NCBI GenBank assembly: GCA_951406725.2
Contig: OX597815.1
Coordinates: forward strand, 47,120,001-47,184,000
Origin: Octopus vulgaris
Lineage: Eukaryota
Direction of reading: 5' to 3'
DNA length: 64,000 nt
Under the pieces are notes generated by a model, which saw only the letters and a list, made by a program, of their open reading frames with translations, was not told where the DNA came from and did no database searches. Shown here piece after piece: positions 55,709-64,000 of this stretch. Numbering within the stretch: position 1 is the first letter of the stretch; every line of letters begins with the position of its first letter. A program made the translations under genes and the position numbers.

Positions 55709-56907
55709 TTATGATTTATATTCCTGTTGGTGTTTGCTTGATGAATTTTGCGTTTTGGTTGTGGTACTTTACTTGGTTTCGTTATGTTTTCTGTCTTGTT
55801 TTTGGTATTATGTATGCTACTTTTCAATTTCTTGTTAGCATTGTTTTTAACCACCTGGAGAAATGATCTGGGTTTACTTCTAGATCTAGATCGGTTTTTT
55901 GTCCAGTTTCTTGTGGGTAATCTCTGTTGAGGTCTTGAAAATGATCTCCTGTTATTTCTACTGCTAATGGTCTGTTCAAAACAATATCTATTTTGTTTGT
56001 GCTTTTTGTTCATGTTGTGTGCATTAGGGTGTTTGCATACAAAATGGGAAGAGTTCTTACCGTAGTTCGTCTTCGATTCGTGGTGAAACGGGTGTTCATG
56101 TTGCCACGTGTTCTGGTGTATGTTGCGTTGGTGAGGTTGTCCACTTTTAATGCTATTTCTCGGAGTTCTGGTGTCTTTACCGTAATTTGTAGCATATTTG
56201 TCGAGAAATAATTGTTTCCGCTGCCAAAACTTTCTTGATCTGCTTTCTTCTTTTGAGATATCTCTGATCCATAGTTCTCGCATTTTTTCTGCTATATTGC
56301 CGGTCGTTAGTTTGGATATTTCATCTCTGATTTGATCATCGATAGCTTCGTATTTGGCTTTGTAGCGGGATTGTTTAGACAGGGTAATGGAGATGTCGGT
56401 CCTGAATTTTATCAAACTAAGGTCCCATCGAAGTTTAGTTTCTTCCTCTGGTTCTCCTGCAATTTCTTTAATTAGGTACTTCCGAGGAAGTATGGGTGCC
56501 GCTAAAGATATCCATTTCGAATGTATTTCAGCATATTTTTCGCATTTATATGCCTTCCAGAAGTTTTGTTTTCTTATGTTAAGGAGTTTTTTCCATGTCT
56601 TCTGTATCTCTTCTCTTTTTCGGTGTGCCTCTTTTTCCAGATTTCTTTCGTTTATTTCTGACATCCAAGGAGGTTGTGGTAGGCTTTCTCTTGTAGATTT
56701 TATAATTGTTGGTATCATTTCAGCTAAATTCTTAATTTCAGAGTTTATGTGTTCATTTCCAAGTTTTCCGTCTGTAGACTGTTTTTCTATTTCCTTTAAA
56801 ATAGAGGATTGTGTGTCAATCATCGTGATGAGTGTTGATAATTTCGATGAAATTTCCATTAGAATTCTTTCGGATTCTGTTAATTTTGTTTGTTGCTTTC
56901 CAGACAT
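55615..56907 (-). CDS. ORF1 of the PLE, 430 aa: helical/coiled-coil-like N-half and basic K/R/N/S-rich C-half (possible nucleic-acid chaperone)
   Basis: Intact 1.3-kb ORF in AT-rich DNA. It starts about 70 nt after the 5' pLTR and overlaps the RT frame by 94 nt. Contains RSRSRSKPRS. Function is inferred only. Confidence 0.8.
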   Translation of the reverse strand: MSGKQQTKLTESERILMEISSKLSTLITMIDTQSSILKEIEKQSTDGKLGNEHINSEIKNLAEMIPTIIKSTRESLPQPPWMSEINERNLEKEAHRKREEIQKTWKKLLNIRKQNFWKAYKCEKYAEIHSKWISLAAPILPRKYLIKEIAGEPEEETKLRWDLSLIKFRTDISITLSKQSRYKAKYEAIDDQIRDEISKLTTGNIAEKMRELWIRDISKEESRSRKFWQRKQLFLDKYATNYGKDTRTPRNSIKSGQPHQRNIHQNTWQHEHPFHHESKTNYGKNSSHFVCKHPNAHNMNKKHKQNRYCFEQTISSRNNRRSFSRPQQRLPTRNWTKNRSRSRSKPRSFLQVVKNNANKKLKSSIHNTKNKTENITKPSKVPQPKRKIHQANTNRNINHNQKKIHFFTSGQQTPEKEKIQEETYPKQLNV

Positions 56908-56974
56908 GTTGGCATATACACAATAGGAATATAGATATATATATATATGGGTGTGTGTGATTGTGTATAGAAGA

Positions 56975-57451
56975 ATATATTAATAAAAAGAATTCCAACC
57001 TTGTCTGATTTTCACGTTTTATTTACAATCTTATAATGATATATTATAAGATAATATATTATAATTGAATAAAATAAAATGAAATAGTAGAATGTTAAAT
57101 ATTCATTCTGATTGAACTAGTACTTTCATGCATTGAATTCTGCAATCTTCGGGTTCATGTAGTAGTGTTGACAGTCATGCTTCACAATTTTTGACTGTAG
57201 CAAGATGAGTGATTCTGTGCTATAAATACAGCTGGGTAGGCTCCAGAGTGCTAGGTTTTGCAAACTGTATTCTGACCAATCAGTGTGTAGTATCACTCAA
57301 TTACTTAAGCTGATTGGTTGGTTGAGCTGATTGGTTTAGGCATCACGCTTTGTTGGACAGGTCAAGAGTCCTGTATCTTGACCCTGGCCGAAGCAGCAAT
57401 TGTTGGGTTATTTTTAGAAATGTTGTAAATATCCTTTGTCAGAGATTTTTA
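56975..57451 (-). repeat. 5' pseudo-LTR (direct repeat of 52704-53180)
   Basis: Appears identical to 52704-53180 by eye and is inverted relative to 59057-59533. Confidence 0.93.
57113..57157 (-). ncRNA. Minimal type I hammerhead variant, 5' pLTR copy
   Basis: Reverse complement of 59351-59395. Confidence 0.7.
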
Positions 57452-57488
57452 AACAACAGAAACAAATTCAGTTTTACTAAGTTTTGAT

Positions 57489-58856
57489 GTGGTAAGCCTC
57501 TACACCAATATTCCACACGATTTAGGAATAAAGGCGATTAAATACTGGTTAGAAAAACATAGAGAAGTGATTCCCAGCAGATTCACAGTGCCATTTATAT
57601 TAGACACAGTCAAACTTATTCTAGAAAATAACACATTCTTCTTCAATGGAAAGAATTACATCCAAATTAGAGGCACGGCGATGGGAACGAGGTTTGCTCC
57701 CGTTTACGCCAACTCTGTAATGGGATACTTAGAAGAACAACTCTACCAAGAGGTGGAGGTAAACTATGGCACTGGATTTAGAAAGTATATTGAAAAGGCA
57801 TGGAAGAGATACCTAGACGACTGTTTCATAATCTGGACAGAATCTCTAAATACTCTGGAAGAGTTCAATATCCTCCTGAACAACCTACACCCATCTCTCA
57901 AATTTACAAAGGAGATGAGTAGTACCAAATTACCATTCCTGGATATAATGGTAATTAAAAAAGACACCACCATCACCACAGATATATACTATAAACACAC
58001 AGACACACATCAATACCTAAATTTTAAGTCGTGCCATCCACCACATACAAAACGTAACATCCCATACTGCCTAGCCAGAAGAATTTGTACTATTGTAGAA
58101 GATGCAAATATCAGGAACAAACGCCTAATAGAACTAAGAGAATTTTTGCTCAAACAAAAATACCCATCTCTACTTATAGAAAATGGCATACAGCGGGCTA
58201 TAAAAATACCTATACAACAACTTAGGACAACCCAAGGAAGAGGAAAACAAGAACAAGTCATACCATTCATAGTGACACACAACCCATGTCACCAGAATAT
58301 CTTCAACATTGCCAAAGCAAACCTACCAATCATTGCCCAAAGTAATGAATTAAAAGACATAATCAAGGATCGAGCTATGGTGCTTAGTAAAAGACAGCCT
58401 AAAAACTTGAAAACATTACTAACAAAGGCAAAATTTGACCTCAGCAACAAAGACCAAACATTCACGGTATCTAAATGCAATGATAGCCGATGTGGCACAT
58501 GCCAATTCATACATACCGGTCAATATATAAACACAAAAACCGGGAAAATATTCACAAACGCGAATATGAACTGCAAAAGCAGAAATTTAATTTACTGCAT
58601 CAAATGCCCAAATTGTGAAGAAATATATGTAGGTCAGACGGGAAACGCACTATTAGAACGCTCACGTGTACACCGGCAACAGATTAGAGACCCAGAGGTC
58701 CGTCAGATACCTTTGAGTAACCACCTAGCAACATGTGGTCGGAAAATATATATAATATTTCCATTCTACAAATTACACAGCCCAAGTGAAATCGAGAGGA
58801 AAATCAGAGAAAAGAATTTTATTGATAAATTCGAACCCAAGCTAAATAAGCAATAA
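57489..58856 (+). pseudogene. N-terminally truncated PLE RT-GIY-YIG ORF (455 aa)
   Basis: Protein identical to the C-terminal part of the 53381-55291 ORF. It lacks the DKG, KIHK and RPI motifs and starts at a GTG within the DVVSLY motif. Confidence 0.9.
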
Positions 58857-59170
58857 TAATAATACTTAGAGGTATTACTTCCACTGCTACGACCATGACC
58901 ACTAACAACAACAACAATACTAAAGGTGATCAAGACGAAGATAGCAGGAAAATTATCTTATTTAGGGTTAAAAGTTCTATTGCCACCACCATCACCACTA
59001 GCAACAATAATTAAGGTGCTGACAATGATGATGATGACAATTGAAATATAAAAATATAAAAATCTCTGACAAAGGATATTTACAACATTTCTAAAAATAA
59101 CCCAACAATTGCTGCTTCGGCCAGGGTCAAGATACAGGACTCTTGACCTGTCCAACAAAGCGTGATGCCT

Positions 59171-59316
59171 AAACCAATCAGCTCAACCAACCAATCAGCT
59201 TAAGTAATTGAGTGATACTACACACTGATTGGTCAGAATACAGTTTGCAAAACCTAGCACTCTGGAGCCTACCCAGCTGTATTTATAGCACAGAATCACT
59301 CATCTTGCTACAGTCA
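59171..59316 (+). promoter_or_regulatory. Putative Pol II promoter in pLTR (three CCAAT boxes, TATA-like element, Inr-like element)
   Basis: aaCCAATcagc twice (59174, 59191), ctgATTGG at about 59225, TATTTATAG at 59280 and acagtc about 30 nt later. AATAAA at 59485-59490 lies near the pLTR end. Motif-level evidence only. Confidence 0.45.
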
Positions 59317-59350
59317 AAAATTGTGAAGCATGACTGTCAACACTACTACA

Positions 59351-59395
59351 TGAACCCGAAGATTGCAGAATTCAATGCATGAAAGTACTAGTTCA
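59351..59395 (+). ncRNA. Minimal type I hammerhead ribozyme variant in pLTR
   Basis: tgaac CCGAAGA t-tgca gaattcaa tgca-t GAAA gtac TA^ gttca. Stem I is 5 bp, the core has U4C, and the stem III loop is the palindrome GUAC. Predicted cut after 59390. Confidence 0.7.
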
Positions 59396-59557
59396 ATCAG
59401 AATGAATATTTAACATTCTACTATTTCATTTTATTTTATTCAATTATAATATATTATCTTATAATATATCATTATAAGATTGTAAATAAAACGTGAAAAT
59501 CAGACAAGGTTGGAATTCTTTTTATTAATATATTCTTCTATACACAATCACACACAC

Positions 59558-59614
<57 letters not shown>

Positions 59615-59729
59615 TATATGTATGTATGTATATTCAGCAGAATTCCACACAGTTCCCTACTACCAAATTCACTCGCAAAACAATGATCGGCCCAGGTCAA
59701 TGTTTTTGTCTTCGCGTGTGTAGGTATGT

Positions 59730-59798
<69 letters not shown>

Positions 59799-60417
59799 AA
59801 TATAGTCACGTCTAGATTGTCTATAATAATCTATTGATGTATTGCTAACAGATGCAGAGCAGAGAACTAAAGAAACAAAAGTAATAGAAAAGTGATTAAT
59901 TAAAATATATAAGAAATCCTGTAAGTGACTTTACCTAAAAGTGCTTGAGTGGAGTGTACAAGACTTAAATAGCGATATATCATGCAGCATCTGAAGGAAA
60001 TCAAACATTCTTCTCACTGAATTCTTCATACCATACAAAATGTATATTTTGTCTTGTCAAAAAAATGAGAACACAAAGAAGAAAATAATATCTATAAATA
60101 TTTGGCTTCAATGAAATTCGAAATATTTTTACTTGAATCTATTAATCATGTGATGTACAACAGCACTTTGTAAACTAAATGTATTTCATACATACATACA
60201 TTTATACATACATACATGCATACATACATATGTATGTGTGTGTATTTATGTATGTCTGTATATATGTGTATACATATATATATATATATATATATTGATA
60301 GAGAGATTTAGATATAGATACACACATACACACACAGGCATATATATATGCATATGTATACACATGTAGATTTGTGTATATGTGTGTGTGAGTGAGAGAG
60401 AGAGAGAAAGAGAGAGA

Positions 60418-60461
<44 letters not shown>

Positions 60462-61736
60462 GTGTATCCAAGGCGGGCAATATGATAAACGGTAGGATAA
60501 AGTATAATTGTATCTCCTTTATATCTCCAACAACCCTTCAGAGCCAAATTGTTAAGTTTTTTTCATTTACATTAGACACAAACTTTTGGTACGTAGAGTT
60601 TGTGTTAATCTTAATGTAGGCAGCATTTAACAGCTTACTAGAAATAAATGAGACAAAAAGAAATATAACATAATTAGTCAATGTCTAATTTATTCTAATT
60701 GTTTTAGAAATAAGGCTGGAAATTTATATTTTAGAGAGCTGGAGAAAATGTCTTGCGTAAATTGTTCCACCATTTTAGATAATGTGTTTCAATTCCAACG
60801 AGTTCAGCTCTGACTGTAATACTTTCGAGACTGATAAACTAAAATAGAAACCAGTACTATGGTTTGTATAATCGAATGATACCAGCTCACAAAGTGCTGG
60901 CTTTGTGTACAAACTAGAAACATTTGTGACCTCAGCCATATAGTAGTATCTTCAATGCTGTAGTGATGGTGGAATCAAATGATCAATAAGTATATCATCC
61001 TTGTGGTATTAGATGATTTAATATTTTAGCGATCCTCTCATCACTACTTTAGAAAATGCGATGGAGGCTGTACTTCGGGAAAAACAGTAAAATGCATGAA
61101 AAAACTTTGTATTTCTATGAAGTTCATTCAACGCCATTTTGTTTTCTGTTTCAGGTAGTACCCATCATGGCCTGGGGTGGAGAGCATCGCTTTTTTTGTA
61201 TCATGTGTTTATTTTTTATTAACCTTTGAAATCGGAGCAACCTTTCTGCCGCAGCCTATAATAATACTGAAATATATGCGGTGTTTTTAGGTGTATTTGT
61301 CATAAATTGAAAATAGTATAAATTGTTGACTTTTGTTTTTTATTCTTCAGCATATAATTAAATTTAAGTAGCACTTTTATGCAATGTTGAACAAATATCG
61401 CCATGTTTTTTAACCTTAATAGCTTGGAAGTGATCTCTGATGACACTGATGAACTTGACTGAGCCAAAAATTCTCAATTTAATCTGCATTTCCAGCCTCT
61501 GAAAATCCAGTGGTTTATCCACGGTGCCAATTTCGGCAGGAACCTATATATATATATATATATATAAATTTATATATAGAGGGCATTATACATACATGCC
61601 AGCGGGCATTATACATACATGCCAGCGGGCATTATACATACATGCCACACGCTAAGAGGGACAATTAGTCATTTCTACCAAAAATATTACTAATCCCACC
61701 GAGTGCAATTTTTCAAAGTAAGACATTTAAAAGTAT

Positions 61737-61784
61737 AGACCTGTATCACAGTGATTTCATACTTACGTACTCATCAGCAGGCCT
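61737..61784 (-). ncRNA. Type I hammerhead ribozyme, inverted unit
   Basis: Reverse complement of 62237-62284. Confidence 0.9.
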
Positions 61785-62236
61785 GAATGTATCATACATA
61801 AACAAACGACCCTGCCCCGCTTAAGTCGATCAGCTAACTGATCAACATCAACGAAGCACATGGGTGAGTTTACATATATTACATCCTGTAAATGGCATAC
61901 TTTTACGAATTGCATTTCGGCATGTATGTATAATGCCCTCTATATATAAATTAATATGTTCAATAAGAAATAATTATTTTCGAAATTTATTCTCTTATGA
62001 GGTTTTCACGCTATCTACCTGACAATTTCTTGTTAAGTGTTCCTTATTAAGTAGTTGTCCTTAATTGCTAAATTTTTATTCCGAAAAAACTTTTCCTCTC
62101 CCGAAATGCAATTCGTAAAAGTATGCCATTTACAGGATGTAATATATGTAAACTCACCCATGTGCTTCGTTGATGTTGATCAGTTAGCTGATCGACTTAA
62201 GCGGGGCAGGGTCGTTTGTTTATGTATGATACATTC

Positions 62237-62284
62237 AGGCCTGCTGATGAGTACGTAAGTATGAAATCACTGTGATACAGGTCT
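62237..62284 (+). ncRNA. Type I hammerhead ribozyme, canonical core
   Basis: aggcctg CTGATGA gtac gtaa gtat GAAA tcac t gtga TA^ caggtct. Stem I is 7 bp, stem II is capped by GUAA, stem III is quasi-palindromic. Predicted cut after 62277. Confidence 0.9.
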
Positions 62285-62715
62285 ATATTTTTAAATGTCT
62301 TACTTTGAAAAATTGCACTCGGTGGGATTAGTAATATTTTTGGTAGAAATGACTAATTGTCCCTCTTAGCGTGTGGCATGTATGTATAATGCCCGCTGGC
62401 ATGTATGTATAATGCCCTCTATATATAAATTAATATGTTCAATAAGAAATAATTATTTTCGAAATTTATTCTCCTATGAGGTTTTCACGCTATCTACCTG
62501 ACAATTTCTTGTTAAGTTTTCCTTATTAAGTAGTTGTCCTTAATTGCTAAATTTTTATTCCGAAAAAACTTTTCCTCTCCCGAAATGCAATTCGTAAAAG
62601 TATGCCATTTACAGGATGTAATATATGTAAACTCACCCATGTGCTTCGTTGATGTTGATCAGTTAGCTGATCGACTTAAGCGGGGCAGGGTCGTTTGTTT
62701 ATGTATGATACATTC

Positions 62716-62763
62716 AGGCCTGCTGATGAGTACGTAAGTATGAAATCACTGTGATACAGGTCT
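62716..62763 (+). ncRNA. Type I hammerhead ribozyme, second unit
   Basis: Identical to 62237-62284; predicted cut after 62756. Confidence 0.9.
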
Positions 62764-62923
62764 ATATTTTTAAATGTCTTACTTTGAAAAATTGCACTCG
62801 GTGGGATTAGTAATATTTTTGGTAGAAATGACTAATTGTCCCTCTTAGCGTGTGGCATGTATGTCACATGTATGTCATCATAAATCCGAAAAAGAAGCAC
62901 TCTCGAAGTTATAGAGCTGTAGG

Positions 62924-63160
62924 GTATAGAGATAAAGACAGATATGGCCGGTTTATGGGGTTATCCGGAGTTTCACGTTTTTAAAGCACTTAGGTTTACA
63001 ACGTTTCTACATACCCTAAATCAGTTGGACTATGACCTCCCTGGCTAGGGAGGTCATAGGCCAACGGGTTTATGGTCTGAAAAAATGCTGTAAAGCTTTA
63101 AGAACGTGAAAACCCGGGTAACTCCATAAACCGGCCATATCTATCTTTATATATATCTAT
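62924..63160. repeat. ~235-bp imperfect palindrome (MITE-like hairpin)
   Basis: Outer arms agatatggccggtttatgg / ccataaaccggccatatct; core ctatgacctccct-ggct-agggaggtcatag. Confidence 0.85.
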
Positions 63161-63807
63161 ATATACATATGGATATAGCAGCTTATACATATTTAGTCTT
63201 AGTTCTGGGTTAACATACTTAATGTAATGAAATAACATTATCTTTTAATCAATTAAAGCTACATCCGTAACGAGAAAAAATTCTTTTACATTACTAGTAA
63301 TTTTTGTCAAGAAGTACAAAGGAGAGAACTTCAACGTTTTAAATTAAATGAAAATATAGACAGTTTTGGTTGATACAATAACAATTCTGAACATGTTTTG
63401 CGATTAATTAACCTTCTCAGCGAAGTATAATTTAACACATAAGCTTATAAGTCTCTGATTTCATGTCCTGATGAGGTCGTATTTGCTTTTCAGTCCTACG
63501 TGGTTGATACATTAAGTATGAATCAAATACTGGGATACGAAGGTGTACGGCCAAATAACGAATTTTATAGTTTGGTCTTACGATTGTAAGGACATAGGTT
63601 TAATTCTTGGATCACGTGGTATTTTGAGTCTCAAAACAACGTACACCATTTTATGCTGCTTCAGCCCACTGAGCTAAATGCGAGTACTAGCAGTAGCAGC
63701 AGCGACATGTCGGCTGGATACAGAGCAGCCCCCATTAGTTTACCTTCTTGCAATATTACGAAATTTGCCGTATGGAGCAGCCGCTTTGATATAGCCACAT
63801 TATATCT

Positions 63808-64000
63808 TTTTCTACTCTAGGCACAAGGCTCGAAATTTTTGGGGAGGAGGCCAGTCGATTAGATCGACCCCACTACGCAATTGGTACTTAATTTATCGAC
63901 TCCGAAAGGATGAAAGGCAAAATTGACCTCGGCGGAATTTGAACTCAGAACGTAAAGACAAACGAAACAGCGCTAAGCATTTCACCCAGCGTGCTAACGT
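63808..64000 (-). mobile_element. SINE family A, cut by the window end
   Basis: Near-consensus copy. Confidence 0.85.

Larger units (their letters stand above)
52704..57451 (-). mobile_element. Penelope-like retroelement (Neptune-like), apparently full length: pLTR - ORF1 - RT/GIY-YIG - pLTR
   Basis: 477-bp direct repeats at 56975-57451 and 52704-53180 (offset 4271) flank two long ORFs, one with PLE RT and GIY-YIG motifs. The left end abuts a (TA)n-rich tract; no TSD is evident. Confidence 0.95.
57451..59560 (+). mobile_element. Inverted, 5'-truncated copy of the same PLE (3' RT, GIY-YIG, 3'UTR, pLTR and short tail)
   Basis: 57451-59533 is the reverse complement of 52704-54786. A further ~27-nt tail (tcttctatacacaatcacacacaccca) matches the sequence following the 5' pLTR and runs into (TA)n. 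Confidence 0.95.
61567..62864. mobile_element. Hammerhead-containing 479-bp tandem repeat (retrozyme / non-autonomous PLE-like): about two direct units plus an inverted partial unit
   Basis: Units start at 61919 and 62398 (offset 479, same as the duplicated ORFs at 62055 and 62534). 61567-61920 is an inverted partial unit. The left end abuts (TA)n. Confidence 0.88.

Noticed and set aside
53727-56926. Plus-strand ORFs antisense to the PLE (e.g. 56387-56926, 179 aa)
   Set aside because: Shadow ORFs of the coding strand with no independent motifs.
61135-61210. Splice-acceptor-like tttctgtttcag followed by ATG GCC TGG GGT GGA GAG CAT CGC
   Set aside because: No sustained ORF. MAWGGEHR resembles the start of Tc1/mariner-type transposases, so it is more likely a transposon scrap than a host exon.
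62055-62737. Duplicated 67-aa ORF in the 479-bp units
   Set aside because: Starts at TTG, is short, overlaps the ribozyme and has no motif; the duplication reflects the repeat itself.

Overview
AT-rich, microsatellite- and SINE-dense animal non-coding DNA. The SINE families and (TA)n/(CA)n load resemble an Octopus/coleoid genome (inference). No host protein-coding exon could be supported, and nearly all short ORFs are microsatellite or repeat artefacts. The main feature is a young Penelope-like retroelement (Neptune-like RT + C-terminal GIY-YIG) at 52704-59560, with direct pseudo-LTRs, a 2083-bp inverted 5'-truncated copy, and a minimal hammerhead ribozyme in each pLTR. It has two overlapping ORFs: the RT frame opens, without a Met, just before a U-UUU-UUU slippery heptamer inside a 430-aa ORF1, suggesting a gag-pol-like -1 frameshift or a splice. 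At 61567-62864 is a 479-bp tandem/inverted repeat with intact type I hammerheads (retrozyme-like). Several more decayed hammerheads are scattered through the window. Also present: R4/Dong, HERO-like, RTE and L1/Tx1-like LINE remnants, a mariner MITE, a non-autonomous Helitron, a U6 pseudogene, several foldback palindromes and many tRNA-derived SINEs.
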